A stretch of DNA of 64,000 nucleotides from Candidatus Saccharimonadaceae bacterium (GCA_039809125.1 JBDHUM010000001.1:14711-78710), one strand, 5' to 3'; shown: positions 9,276 through 19,752, counted from the stretch's first letter. The notes: generated from the sequence alone by a model not told the origin. Program-made: numbers and translations.

Positions 9276-11054
9276 GTGAAAGAAATTCGACAATTACTAT
9301 CTTATACTAAAAAGTTACATAAATACTTTTTGGTGATTACGTTGACGTCAGTTTTTGGTGCACTAGTCAATTTAGCAACACCGTTTTTCATGAAGCTTGC
9401 GACTGATTGGATCGTAGCAATTGTTAGCGGAAAGGTAGTTTTTAGCGTGGAGCCACTTGGCTGGCTAATAGTAGCATTGATTGTGATGGCATTAGTTTCG
9501 ACGGCTCTAAGCGATATTGGCGGCGTGTACGGAGATTTGATGGCGATGCAAACAAGACGGCAACTATCTCGGCGATATTTTTCACATCTGCTTACTTTGC
9601 CGCAATCATACTACGACAATGAAATTACCGGAAAAATAATAAACCGTCTATCTCGAGCAATTGGTGATGTTTCTGGATTTTTTCAATTTTTTGCGAACAA
9701 CTTGCTGCAAATGCTACTAACATTGATGGTGACAATCGGTATTTTGCTGTGGTATAGTATACCGCTCGGAGTATTGTTTGTCTTGCTGATACCGACTAGT
9801 TTATTTATTACTGCTAAGACAAGTAATAAATGGCAGAAGTATGAAAAAGAAAAGAACACTCACTTTGATTATGCTAGTGGTCGTTTTGCTGAAGTTGTGG
9901 GGCAGATGCGCCTCGTAAAGAGCTTTGGCAGCGAGAAGCGTGAGTTAGACATTTTTACACGCAAGCTTACTACTATGGTAGGCATAACGCGCAAACAATC
10001 TATTTGGTGGCATGGAATGAATTCACTACGCTCTAGCGTGTTTGGAATAATCTTTGCCTTGATATATGGCACTTTATTCTATCAAACTGCACGAGGCAAA
10101 TTTAGTGTTGGCGATATGGTCATGTTACTCACGTTGATTCAGCAGGTGGCTTTTCCCATACGTAGCCTTAGTTACTTTGTCGACAGCTACCAACGTGCAG
10201 TGGCGAACAGTCGAGATTTTCTTAATGCGATGACAGAAAAACCTGAATCACAGGACGAAGGTAAAAATCTAGAAGTTTCAAAGGCAAATGTGTCGTTTAA
10301 GACGGTTGACTTTGCCTATACAAAAGGTCGCCGCGTTCTACACGATGTTTCGTTTCATGTTAAAGCGGGCAGTAAGGTTGCATTGGTTGGTGAATCGGGC
10401 GGTGGCAAATCGACGATCGCAAACTTATTAATGCGGCTTTACTCACCATCTAAGGGGGTTATTTATGTAAATGATATCGCAATAGATTCTGTTACTCGCA
10501 GTAGCCTACGCAGTCACATAGCAACAGTCTTTCAGGACGCGGCTCTTTTTAGTGGTACAATACGAGAAAATATAGTTTATGGAAAACCTAATGCAACTGA
10601 TGAAGAAGTTGAAAACGCTGCAAGGGTGGCAAATGCATACATGTTTATTCAAGAATTTGATTCCGGGTTTGAGACTGAGATTGGTGAACGCGGTATTAAG
10701 CTGAGCGGTGGTCAAAAGCAACGGATTGCGATAGCAAGGGCAGTGTTAAAAAATGCGCCAATTTTGATTTTAGATGAAGCAACTTCAGCACTCGATAGTC
10801 GCGCCGAGCACGACGTACAGCAAGCTCTCGAGCGATTAATGTATGGTCGTACAACAATTATTATTGCGCACCGTCTAAGTACGATTGCCGGGGTTGATCA
10901 GATAATCACGCTTCTGAACGGGCGAATTGATGAGATTGGCAGCCCGTCAAAATTAGCGAAATCAGGCGGCATTTATGCGCAGCTTCTGACATTACAAATG
11001 GGGGCAGCCGAGAATACCAAACAACAGCTTGCCAAGTACGATATTGCTTCATAA
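9276..11054 (+). CDS. ABC transporter, fused permease/ATPase (MsbA/multidrug-exporter type)
   Basis: Six-TM N-terminal domain. Walker A 'GESGGGKST', signature 'LSGGQKQR', Walker B 'ILILDEATS'. GTG start. Confidence 0.9.
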   Translation: MKEIRQLLSYTKKLHKYFLVITLTSVFGALVNLATPFFMKLATDWIVAIVSGKVVFSVEPLGWLIVALIVMALVSTALSDIGGVYGDLMAMQTRRQLSRRYFSHLLTLPQSYYDNEITGKIINRLSRAIGDVSGFFQFFANNLLQMLLTLMVTIGILLWYSIPLGVLFVLLIPTSLFITAKTSNKWQKYEKEKNTHFDYASGRFAEVVGQMRLVKSFGSEKRELDIFTRKLTTMVGITRKQSIWWHGMNSLRSSVFGIIFALIYGTLFYQTARGKFSVGDMVMLLTLIQQVAFPIRSLSYFVDSYQRAVANSRDFLNAMTEKPESQDEGKNLEVSKANVSFKTVDFAYTKGRRVLHDVSFHVKAGSKVALVGESGGGKSTIANLLMRLYSPSKGVIYVNDIAIDSVTRSSLRSHIATVFQDAALFSGTIRENIVYGKPNATDEEVENAARVANAYMFIQEFDSGFETEIGERGIKLSGGQKQRIAIARAVLKNAPILILDEATSALDSRAEHDVQQALERLMYGRTTIIIAHRLSTIAGVDQIITLLNGRIDEIGSPSKLAKSGGIYAQLLTLQMGAAENTKQQLAKYDIAS

Positions 11055-11066
11055 AACCGTAAGCAG

Positions 11067-11072
11067 TATGAT
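11067..11072 (+). promoter_or_regulatory. -10-like TATGAT 6 nt before the cyoA ATG
   Basis: TATGAT at 11067-11072, ATG at 11079. No SD sequence. Confidence 0.45.
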
Positions 11073-11078
11073 AGGTAT

Positions 11079-12002
11079 ATGAAACATCTCCGAGGGCCCG
11101 CCAGGTACCCATTGCTCATTTCAGTGGTAGTTATTGTGCTTTTTTTGATTGGGTGGCTCCTGCTAAAAGATGTGCATATTCCCGTATTGATGCCCAGCGG
11201 TCAGATTGCCAAGCAGCAGAAAAATCTAATTATATTTACTGTAGCGCTTGCTTTGATTGTAGTAGTACCGGTCTTTACTCTGCTTGCAGTATTTGCGTTC
11301 AAGTACCGTGATGGTCAAAGAGTAAAGCGTCGTTATGATCCTGAATGGGCAGAAAACAAAAAGCTCGAAATGATTTGGTGGGGGATACCGATCGCAATTA
11401 TTAGTCTATTGAGTGTCGTTACTTATATCACTAGCCACTCGCTAGATCCATATAAGCCGATTGCTTCAAATCAGAAAACACTGGAAATTGAAGTAGTAGC
11501 TTTGCAGTGGAAGTGGCTATTTTTGTATCCTGAGCAGAAAGTTGCAACCGTCAATGAACTAACAATTCCAGCTGGTCGACCGGTACATTTTCGCTTAACG
11601 GCTGATGCACCAATGAGTGCGTTTTGGATACCAGATTTAGGTTCACAAATTTACAATATGAATGCAATGTCGAGTCAGTTGAACTTGATCGCTGACCGAC
11701 CCGGTACCTTTAAAGGCTACAACACAAACATAAACGGTGATGGTTACGCACATATGAAATTTGACGTCCACGCCGTTAGTTCTGAGCAGTTTGACGATTG
11801 GTCCGCTACACACCAAACTAGCGGACATAAGCTTGACGAAACGCACTTTCATGAACTAGCTAAACCATCTCTTATGAGTGCCCCGATGTACATGCAGCTT
11901 CAAGACAGTGGGCTTTATGATCGTGTTATTATGAAGTATATGGGACATGGTGGCGAAAGCGATGGCGGTAGAGCCAACATGCATGAAGGAAGGGGACACT
12001 GA
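11079..12002 (+). CDS. cyoA: cytochrome o ubiquinol oxidase subunit II
   Basis: Two N-terminal TM helices plus a cupredoxin-like domain. 'FWIPDLGSQIYNMNAMSSQLNLIADRPG' parallels E. coli CyoA. No Cys/His/Met CuA ligands are present, which indicates the quinol-oxidase type. Confidence 0.85.
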   Translation: MKHLRGPARYPLLISVVVIVLFLIGWLLLKDVHIPVLMPSGQIAKQQKNLIIFTVALALIVVVPVFTLLAVFAFKYRDGQRVKRRYDPEWAENKKLEMIWWGIPIAIISLLSVVTYITSHSLDPYKPIASNQKTLEIEVVALQWKWLFLYPEQKVATVNELTIPAGRPVHFRLTADAPMSAFWIPDLGSQIYNMNAMSSQLNLIADRPGTFKGYNTNINGDGYAHMKFDVHAVSSEQFDDWSATHQTSGHKLDETHFHELAKPSLMSAPMYMQLQDSGLYDRVIMKYMGHGGESDGGRANMHEGRGH

Positions 12003-13993
12003 TGGAATGGTTGATCGGTCGCTTGAGTCTTGAGTATTTACCACAGTCTCCCGCGACGATTGGTGCGGCGATTGGTATGCCGCTTTTAGCACTAACGACA
12101 CTTGGAGCTTTGATTTACTTTAAAAAAATAGGCTGGCTCTGGAAAACATGGTTAACGAGTCTTGATGCCAAAAAGATTGGGGTCATGTATATTGTGGTTG
12201 CAGTCTTGATGTTGGTTCGCGGAATCGGGGATGCCTTTATGGTGCGTTCACACACAGCAATGTCAGGACCGGGTAATGACGGATTATTCGATGTCGCAAC
12301 CTTTCAGCAGGTATTTACGGCACACGGAACGATCATGATTTTCTTCGTAGCAATGGGGTTGATGTTCGGGCTTATTAATGTTGTGTTGCCACTAATGATT
12401 GGAGCTCGAGACGTTGCGTTTCCATGGCTTAATTCAGTGGGCTTTTGGCTATTTGTTGCTGGAATGATGCTAAGCAATGTGGCGTTACTACTTGGCGGAT
12501 TTAGTAATGGGGGCTGGCTTGGCTACCCGCCGCTGACTGGTCTTGAGTACAACCCTGGCCCTGGAGTCGATTATTGGCTTTGGAGTCTGCAGATCGCTGG
12601 AGTTGGTAGTTTGCTTTCAGGGATAAATTTCTTGGTGACTATTATCAAAAAGCGAGCACCAGGAATGACATTGATGAAAATGCCGATTTTCGCTTGGAGT
12701 GTGCTTGTAATGACGGTGCTTTTAATAATCTCATTTCCGATTTTGACAGCAACACTTGGTTTACTATCACTTGATCGTCTGCTTGGTATGCATATTTTTA
12801 CATCTGATCTCGGCGGTAATCCAATGATGTACGTCAACTTAATTTGGGCTTGGGGTCATCCGGAAGTATATATTTTGGTGCTGCCAGCATTTGGTATTTA
12901 CAGTGAAGTTGTGGCGACATTCGCGCGAAAAAAACTGTTTGGCTACACTACTATGGTGGCAGCGCTTGTGGCAATTATGTTTTTCAGTTTTGTTGTCTGG
13001 CTGCATCATTTCTTCACAATGGGGTCAGGCGCCAATGTAAACGCTTTCTTTGGCATAATGACAATGATCATCGCAATACCAACTGGTGTAAAGATATTTA
13101 ACTGGCTGTTTACGATGTATAGAGGCAGGATTCGTTTTACTAGTCCGTTCGTGTGGTTTTTGTGCTTTGTTGTGACCTTTACTATCGGTGGTGTTACGGG
13201 AGTTATGATGGCAGTGCCGGCGATTGACTTCCAGGTTCATAACACTCTATTTTTGGTTGCTCATTTTCACAACACCATCATAGGTGGTGTTGTGTTTGGG
13301 TTTTTGGCGGCAATTACCTACTGGTTTCCAAAAATATTTGGTTTCAAGCTTAATGAGCGACTTGGTACCTATGCTGCATTGTTATGGCAGCTCGGCTTTA
13401 TTGTAACCTTTATGCCGCTATATGCAGTTGGTTTGATGGGTGCGGTGCGACGAATTGATCACTTTGATGATCCAAGTTGGACACCCTTCTTTATCGCCAG
13501 TGCGATCGGGGTTTGCATTATTTTAGCAGGAGTTGCTGTGCAGCTCTTGCAGTTTGCGCTTAGTATTTGGAAGCGTCATGAAAATCGAGATACAACCGGT
13601 GATCCGTGGGATGGTAGGACGTTAGAATGGTCAGTGGCAAGCCCAGCACCAGAGTATAATTTTGCGATTATTCCTCATGTGACTCGTCGTGATGAGTGGT
13701 GGTATGCCAAAAAAGAGGTTCGACGTAGGCCACATCGATCTGAATATTCTGACATATTGGTTCCGAAAAATAGCGGACTTGGGTTGATGGTAGGAGCGCT
13801 GGCTTTTATGGGCGGTTTTGCAGTTATTTGGCATATTTGGTGGTTGGTCGTACTTGCGGTTGGGTTGCTAGTTGGAGCCATTATTAAGCGTACACTTGAT
13901 GACGAGAGCGAGCGCGTGGTTATGGCTGAGGAGCTTTTTGCTGCGGACAGTGAACACTATCGGTTACTGCACCACAAAGGAGTTCATGCATGA
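12002..13993 (+). CDS. cyoB: cytochrome o ubiquinol oxidase subunit I
   Basis: 663 aa haem-copper oxidase subunit I ('WAWGHPEVYILVLPAFGIYSE', 'HFHNTIIGG'). TGATG stop/start overlap with cyoA. Confidence 0.95.
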   Translation: MEWLIGRLSLEYLPQSPATIGAAIGMPLLALTTLGALIYFKKIGWLWKTWLTSLDAKKIGVMYIVVAVLMLVRGIGDAFMVRSHTAMSGPGNDGLFDVATFQQVFTAHGTIMIFFVAMGLMFGLINVVLPLMIGARDVAFPWLNSVGFWLFVAGMMLSNVALLLGGFSNGGWLGYPPLTGLEYNPGPGVDYWLWSLQIAGVGSLLSGINFLVTIIKKRAPGMTLMKMPIFAWSVLVMTVLLIISFPILTATLGLLSLDRLLGMHIFTSDLGGNPMMYVNLIWAWGHPEVYILVLPAFGIYSEVVATFARKKLFGYTTMVAALVAIMFFSFVVWLHHFFTMGSGANVNAFFGIMTMIIAIPTGVKIFNWLFTMYRGRIRFTSPFVWFLCFVVTFTIGGVTGVMMAVPAIDFQVHNTLFLVAHFHNTIIGGVVFGFLAAITYWFPKIFGFKLNERLGTYAALLWQLGFIVTFMPLYAVGLMGAVRRIDHFDDPSWTPFFIASAIGVCIILAGVAVQLLQFALSIWKRHENRDTTGDPWDGRTLEWSVASPAPEYNFAIIPHVTRRDEWWYAKKEVRRRPHRSEYSDILVPKNSGLGLMVGALAFMGGFAVIWHIWWLVVLAVGLLVGAIIKRTLDDESERVVMAEELFAADSEHYRLLHHKGVHA

Positions 13994-14577
13994 ACCAACG
14001 GCAAATTTCTGAGCAGCAGGCCGACGTTGGGCGATTTGGCTTTTGGCTATATTTACTAAGTGACTTAATGATATTTGGCGCATTGTTTGCAACTTTTATG
14101 GTGCTTCGAGGCGGAACGGCTGATGGGCCAAACGTGAATGAGATTGTTGACCCTGGCTATGTGTTACTGCAAACGATGGCACTTCTCACTAGTAGTTTTT
14201 CCGCTGCCTTACTGCTCGGTGCAGCTCGCAAGAACGATACTAAGTCGACCATACAGCTTTTATGGGTAACGTTTGGGTTTGGTGCGCTGTTTTTGGCGAT
14301 GGAGCTAATTGAGTTTACTAAACTTATTGGTGAGGGCTACTCTTGGCAGACTAGTGCTTTTCTGTCGAGTTTTTTTGCGCTTGTTGGTACTCATGGTTTG
14401 CATATTTTTGTCGGACTACTGTGGTTAGCTACTCTATTAACGGTAATTATTCGACGTGGTCTCAATTCTCATCGTTTACGTAAGCTTGGACTTTTCGTAT
14501 TATTCTGGCACTTTCTTGACTTGGTGTGGATATGGATATTTACGATTGTTTATATGTTCGGAGCGGCCAATTTATGA
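13990..14577 (+). CDS. cyoC: cytochrome o ubiquinol oxidase subunit III
   Basis: 195 aa, five TM helices, 'FWHFLDLVWIWIF' signature. ATGA overlap with cyoB. Confidence 0.9.
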   Translation: MNQRQISEQQADVGRFGFWLYLLSDLMIFGALFATFMVLRGGTADGPNVNEIVDPGYVLLQTMALLTSSFSAALLLGAARKNDTKSTIQLLWVTFGFGALFLAMELIEFTKLIGEGYSWQTSAFLSSFFALVGTHGLHIFVGLLWLATLLTVIIRRGLNSHRLRKLGLFVLFWHFLDLVWIWIFTIVYMFGAANL

Positions 14578-14939
14578 AAAAGAAAGAACTACTTCAGGTA
14601 GAATCGTTACGATATGCGATTGGATTGTCGTTGGCGTTAGCAACGACATATTTAGCATTTTTTGCGGCAGTTAATCAATGGTTTAGCCAAGGTGGTCTAG
14701 CTTTTTTTCTCCTTTTGACGGCAACGGCTCAGTTTGTAGTGCAGCTTGTACTCTTTTTGCACGTTAATCAAGAATCAAAACCACGCTGGACAATTTGGAG
14801 CATTGTATTCATCTTTTTGATGATGCTAGTCGTTGTAGTCGGTACACTTTGGATTATGGCGAACCTGAATTACAACATGCACACTACTCCCGAGCAAATG
14901 CAGCAGTATATGCTTGAGCAGAATAAAAAAGGTTTTTAG
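14574..14939 (+). CDS. cyoD: cytochrome o ubiquinol oxidase subunit IV
   Basis: 121 aa with three TM helices, in the expected operon position. I chose ATG 14574, which forms an ATGA overlap with the cyoC stop, over the ORF-track start at 14526. Confidence 0.75.
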   Translation: MKKKELLQVESLRYAIGLSLALATTYLAFFAAVNQWFSQGGLAFFLLLTATAQFVVQLVLFLHVNQESKPRWTIWSIVFIFLMMLVVVVGTLWIMANLNYNMHTTPEQMQQYMLEQNKKGF

Positions 14940-15805
14940 TGCAGCTTTTTTCTCGTTACTATCAGCTGACGAAGCCAGGAATTGTATACGGTAACGTTCT
15001 ACACACTTTTGGTGGTGTAATGCTTGGCTTTCATTTTCAGTGGCAATGGGGAAATGTAATTGGGGTGATTGTGGGAACAGGTCTTGTTATTATGTCGGCC
15101 TGTATGGTGAATAATTACTTTGACAGAGATTATGATAAGAGAATGGAGCGAACCAAGAAGCGTGGTTTTGCTGAGGAATCGGTAAATTTACGTCTTGCGT
15201 TTATCCAGGCAACCCTGTTATTATCGATTGGCCTAGTAGTTCTGTGGCTGACAACCAATAACTTGACTGTTGGTTTGGCACTAATTGCTTTTGTCTCTTA
15301 TGCCGGTGTTTACACTTATTTAAAACATCACACAGCTTGGGCAACGCTAGTCGGCACCCTACCAGGGTCTCTACCTGCAGTTGCAGGTTATACGGCACTG
15401 TCGGGGCAGCTTGATAGCGTTGCTTTAATGATATTTCTTGTCATTGCGCTTTGGCAGTTACCTCACTTTTTTGCGATTTCACTATTTCGTAAGCAAGATT
15501 ATGTTGACGCAGGATTACCTGTGCCAGCAACGGTGTTGAGTATGAGAGTGCTCTACTACCTAACTATTTTTACGATTGGTTGCTACCTTGGTGCAGTAAT
15601 CGGATTATGGACAATCCACCTACCTTTTGCTGGTGGTATAATGCTTTTTGTTGTCGCATTCTGGTGGTGGGTTGTCACGCTGCGATCTAAAGTGAGCGAT
15701 AATTGGGGCCGTAAGGTTTTTGGCGTTTCAATGCTTGCTAGTCTAGTTTTTGTTGCTAGTGCAGTGGTTAGCTTTGTGTTAGAACGGTGGTCTATAGTAC
15801 AATAA
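14939..15805 (+). CDS. cyoE: protohaem IX farnesyltransferase (haem O synthase)
   Basis: UbiA-type prenyltransferase with the 'NNYFDRDYD' motif and about nine TM helices. Last gene of the cyo operon. GTG start overlaps the cyoD stop by 1 nt. Confidence 0.9.
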   Translation: MQLFSRYYQLTKPGIVYGNVLHTFGGVMLGFHFQWQWGNVIGVIVGTGLVIMSACMVNNYFDRDYDKRMERTKKRGFAEESVNLRLAFIQATLLLSIGLVVLWLTTNNLTVGLALIAFVSYAGVYTYLKHHTAWATLVGTLPGSLPAVAGYTALSGQLDSVALMIFLVIALWQLPHFFAISLFRKQDYVDAGLPVPATVLSMRVLYYLTIFTIGCYLGAVIGLWTIHLPFAGGIMLFVVAFWWWVVTLRSKVSDNWGRKVFGVSMLASLVFVASAVVSFVLERWSIVQ

Positions 15806-15838
15806 CCTTAAGTATAATTAGAGCGATCTAAGGAGTTT

Positions 15839-17044
15839 ATGAATATTACCATTGTTGGCGCAGGATTCGCCGGTGTAAAATCGGCACTGGAGATTGCAAA
15901 AGATTTGAACAATCGGGTTACTGTGATCACTGATAAGCCAGATTTTCAATACTACCCAACTCTTTATAGTTCGGCAACCGGACACAGTCACTTGGAGTCG
16001 TGGGTATCACTTGGAGAAATTTTTTCGAGTCATGACAACATTCACGTTATGATAGATTATATTGTCGGTATCGACAATGAAAAAAAACAGCTTCATGGTG
16101 TATCAGGTAGCATTTACGATTATGAGATATTATTGATTGGTGTTGGAACGGTTACGACCTATTTCGGAATCCCTGGTCTCGACCAGTATTCTTACGGTAT
16201 TAAATCTGCTGAAGAGATAAAGAAACTCAAAGAGAGGCTTTATAAAGATATTGGAAAGGAAGGCAAGCTAGATCGAAACTATGTGATTGTTGGAGGCGGT
16301 CCTACTGGCGTAGAGCTGGCGGGAGCGCTCGGTACATATATTAAACGATTGTCAAAATACTATAATGTTCGACAAAAGAAAGTTAATATACGTTTGATCG
16401 AGGCGGCTCCGCGCATATTGCCGCGCTCGCACGAGAAGACTAGTCGAAAGGCGGCCAAACGACTTCAAGCGCTTGGAGTTGAAGTATTAGCTGACACTGC
16501 TGTCGAAAAAGAAACAGCAGATATGATTATTGCCGGCGGACGACCGATCGCTTCGCATACGGTAATTTGGACATCGGGTGTGGCAAATAGTCCACTATTT
16601 GCTGCGCATCCTCAACTATTTCGTTTAGCAAAAAATGGTCGCGTTGAAGTTGACGAGTATCTGCGAGCTCAGAAAGATATTTACGTGCTCGGCGACAACG
16701 CGGCAACACCATATACCGGACTTGCTCAAACTGCGCTACACGATGCAAAGTTTGTTGCCCAAAACTTAAAACGAGCCAAACGCGGCCTTGCTATGGAGCG
16801 TTACCGAGCCGTTGAACCAGCTACGGCGATTCCAATCGGAAAATACTGGGCAGCTTTTGAGTGGCGTGGTATTCGTATTTATGGCATTATAGCAGCCGCC
16901 ATTCGGCGTATTGCTGACCTGGTTGGTTACAGTGATCTCCTCCCAATCGGACAAGCTATTCGCCCGTGGCATGCCTCAACGATCTACGAAAAAGATTACT
17001 TTGCTCCTCAGCCGGATAGCGTGCTAAAGAAACGAAGGAAGTAG
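15839..17044 (+). CDS. ndh: type II NADH dehydrogenase (NDH-2)
   Basis: Two dinucleotide folds ('IVGAGFAGV' and 'VGGGPTGVELAG') and 'GDNA'. AAGGAG lies upstream of the ATG, with TATAAT at 15813-15818. Confidence 0.85.
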   Translation: MNITIVGAGFAGVKSALEIAKDLNNRVTVITDKPDFQYYPTLYSSATGHSHLESWVSLGEIFSSHDNIHVMIDYIVGIDNEKKQLHGVSGSIYDYEILLIGVGTVTTYFGIPGLDQYSYGIKSAEEIKKLKERLYKDIGKEGKLDRNYVIVGGGPTGVELAGALGTYIKRLSKYYNVRQKKVNIRLIEAAPRILPRSHEKTSRKAAKRLQALGVEVLADTAVEKETADMIIAGGRPIASHTVIWTSGVANSPLFAAHPQLFRLAKNGRVEVDEYLRAQKDIYVLGDNAATPYTGLAQTALHDAKFVAQNLKRAKRGLAMERYRAVEPATAIPIGKYWAAFEWRGIRIYGIIAAAIRRIADLVGYSDLLPIGQAIRPWHASTIYEKDYFAPQPDSVLKKRRK

Positions 17045-17132
17045 ACACTTCAAAAAGAACCAAAGCATTGTTCGAGTAAGGATATATTAGTATAATAAAG
17101 GCGGTAGACATACATATAAAGAGAGGAAATTA

Positions 17133-17792
17133 ATGGCGACTACGAAGAGTCAGCGAATCGGTATTTTGATTATTTTAATTGCACTCATTGTTGGTACGAT
17201 TGGTTCGTTTGCGGTGCTTATTTTGGGGGCAGACAATGCGAAGCGTGATTCTGAAGTACAAAGAGCTGCTTATGAAGAGTACACAAAAAACCAGACAGCC
17301 TATCAAGCAAAGGTTGATGCACAGACTAAGCAGCTTGCTGAAAAATACTATCCGACGTTTCAACCGTACAACACGCAACCTGCCGCATTCGATAAAGATA
17401 GTGTCAAAGAACTATCGACCAACGAATTAGTAGTAGGTGAAGGTACTGAAATTAACGGCGAGACTAAGTTTGCAGTTTACTATATTGGTTGGAATTCTGA
17501 CGGAAAAGCATTTGATCAATCAATTGAAAATAATACTCTAAAAGCGCCATTACCAATCGACGGGCTCGACAGTGCGGGAATTATTAGCGGTTGGAAGGAA
17601 GGTATTAAAGGTATGAAAATTGGCGGTATACGCCAATTAACTATTCCGTCTGACAAAGCGTATGGTGAAGCGGGGCAAGGTGACGATATTCCACCTAATT
17701 CGCCGCTAAAGTTTGTCGTGATGGCAATCGAAAAACCTGCCGAAATTCCTCAGCCAGAAATACCTGAAATCTTACTAAAAGGTGTTTCATAA
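17133..17792 (+). CDS. membrane-anchored FKBP-type peptidyl-prolyl isomerase
   Basis: N-terminal TM helix. FKBP domain 'VYYIGWNSDGKAFDQS...GWKEGIKGMKIGGIRQLTIPSDKAYG'. Confidence 0.85.
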   Translation: MATTKSQRIGILIILIALIVGTIGSFAVLILGADNAKRDSEVQRAAYEEYTKNQTAYQAKVDAQTKQLAEKYYPTFQPYNTQPAAFDKDSVKELSTNELVVGEGTEINGETKFAVYYIGWNSDGKAFDQSIENNTLKAPLPIDGLDSAGIISGWKEGIKGMKIGGIRQLTIPSDKAYGEAGQGDDIPPNSPLKFVVMAIEKPAEIPQPEIPEILLKGVS

Positions 17793-18739
17793 TGGCCAAG
17801 AACAATGAAGTTCATGATGTTATTATGATTGGCGCCGGACCCAGTGCGCTCTCGGCAGCCATCTACACGACTCGTGAAAATATTGAAACCGTGTTGTATG
17901 AAAAAGGGGTAGTTGGCGGACTGGCGGCTATTACCGATAAGATCGACAACTATCCAGGATTTGCTGATGGAATTGAGGGCTTGAAGTTGGCTGAAGAGCT
18001 CGAAGCTCAGGCAAAACGGTTTGGCTCGATAATCAAATATGGAGCGGTTGAATCGATTCGTAACGATGGGGAATATAGAACAGTCGTTGTCGATGGTAAT
18101 GAGCAAAAAGCTCGCACTGTGTTAATTGCTACCGGTAGCGACTACGACAAGATTAATGTACCTGGCGAGGCTGAATATTATGGGCGGGGTGTGCATTACT
18201 GTGCTACTTGTGACGGCGCATTTTATCGTGACAAAAAAATAGCGGTTGTTGGCGGCGGTAACTCTGGAGTACAGGAAACGTTATTTTTGACTCGATTCGC
18301 TAGTCACATTGATCTTTTAGTTAGGAGTACGCTCAAGGCAAGCGACGTCCTGCAAAAAGAACTTCAGACATTTATTGACGCCGGCAAGGTTTCAGTACAT
18401 TTACAAACGACTGTTCGTGAAATTGTTGCGCAGGACGGTAAAAAAGTAAGCCGTGTCGATGTTACTGAGAATGGTGAAGAACGAGCAGTTTCAATTGACG
18501 GCATCTTCGTGTTTGTTGGCTTAAAGCCAAACACGCAGTTTTTAGAGGGGAGCGGGATCGAAGTTGACGATCGTGGTCTAATTAAAACTGACGATCATTT
18601 AGAGACATCAATGGATGGAGTTTTTGCGAGTGGTGACGTTCGTAGCGGTGCAACGATGCAAATTGCGAGCGCTGTCGGCGAGGGTGCAACAGCGGCTCTT
18701 TCAATACGTGAATATTTAGACAAACAAAAACGAAGCTAA
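17792..18739 (+). CDS. trxB: thioredoxin-disulfide reductase
   Basis: 'GAGPSALSAAIY', redox centre 'CATCDG' and NADPH fold 'GGGNSGVQE'. TAATG overlap with the FKBP gene. Confidence 0.9.
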   Translation: MAKNNEVHDVIMIGAGPSALSAAIYTTRENIETVLYEKGVVGGLAAITDKIDNYPGFADGIEGLKLAEELEAQAKRFGSIIKYGAVESIRNDGEYRTVVVDGNEQKARTVLIATGSDYDKINVPGEAEYYGRGVHYCATCDGAFYRDKKIAVVGGGNSGVQETLFLTRFASHIDLLVRSTLKASDVLQKELQTFIDAGKVSVHLQTTVREIVAQDGKKVSRVDVTENGEERAVSIDGIFVFVGLKPNTQFLEGSGIEVDDRGLIKTDDHLETSMDGVFASGDVRSGATMQIASAVGEGATAALSIREYLDKQKRS

Positions 18740-19746
18740 TCAATCGGTTCATCCGGGGGCATGATATATTCAGTCAAAAATGATTTAAGCTGTTCAATGA
18801 TGGTCGGGTCGGAAGTCTCGAGGGCGACTTCTCTTGTACCCAACATTGCTCCCCCAGCAACAAAATTATGTGAACCGGTGATGGCAATTTCACTGCCATC
18901 TGGCATTGTGAAAATCATAAATTTTGCGTGTAAGTACTGTTTTTTTGTGTAGAGTGGTTTGATACGGTGCACAAAACTACTGACTCTTATTAGAATACGG
19001 TTAAGATTGTCATCGGCATTTTGCCAGTGATTAAAGTAAAAATCAGTATCAGTTCGTTTTAATAGACGGCTTAATTTGTTAGTTGGGCAGTATTGTGAGA
19101 CGTATATAACATGTTTAGCTTGGCTGGCATAATGACATACTCGCCGATAAATGATTGAATCAAAAAAACGGCCGCCATCTATGAGTACGGTGTGTTGGTC
19201 AATTGAAAAATAGTGACTTGGATAAGCTCTGCCGGCTTTATCCGTATTGATGACAAGATCATGCTCGCCTGCAAGACGCTCGGCGAGGCGAATATCAGTC
19301 GTTTTAAAAATATAGTCGTTATTTGCAATCCCCTCAGCATAAAGATTAACACCTCCAAAACTATATACGGTACCATCAACTACCGACCATTTGATATGAG
19401 TACGCTGAGAAAAAAATGTCAGCCCTCCCTGACCAAGCCAGCGAACTTTCACACCGTGTGAAACGAGTTTTTTACGAGTAGCACGCATTCTTTTAACTTG
19501 TGCTCTTATGTAATTCCAGCGTGGTTCGTTGGCACCAATTTCTTTGTAGGTAAAGTAAAGATCAAGTCCAACACTCACATGGACCCCTCGTTCACTAGCA
19601 TCACAGAGTGCGTCGACAAGTTCTTTCGTAGCCTCATCTTCAAAAAAAACTAGCGTAATAATATCAATACGTTCTTTCGAGTTTTTTACACTTTCACATA
19701 AGTCGAGCAAGTAGTCGCTCGGCAGCATGAGGGAAAAAGATGTCAT
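18736..19746 (-). CDS. phospholipase D superfamily protein (two HKD motifs)
   Basis: 'HIKWSVVDG' and 'HAKFMIF...GSHNF' are two HxK(x)4D motifs. No TM segment. Confidence 0.8.
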   Translation of the reverse strand: MTSFSLMLPSDYLLDLCESVKNSKERIDIITLVFFEDEATKELVDALCDASERGVHVSVGLDLYFTYKEIGANEPRWNYIRAQVKRMRATRKKLVSHGVKVRWLGQGGLTFFSQRTHIKWSVVDGTVYSFGGVNLYAEGIANNDYIFKTTDIRLAERLAGEHDLVINTDKAGRAYPSHYFSIDQHTVLIDGGRFFDSIIYRRVCHYASQAKHVIYVSQYCPTNKLSRLLKRTDTDFYFNHWQNADDNLNRILIRVSSFVHRIKPLYTKKQYLHAKFMIFTMPDGSEIAITGSHNFVAGGAMLGTREVALETSDPTIIEQLKSFLTEYIMPPDEPID

Positions 19747-19752
19747 AGCAAG

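Noticed and set aside
14526-14573. Longer cyoD start given in the ORF track
   Set aside because: It would overlap cyoC by 52 nt. ATG 14574 forms the ATGA coupling seen elsewhere in this operon and gives a normal-sized subunit IV.
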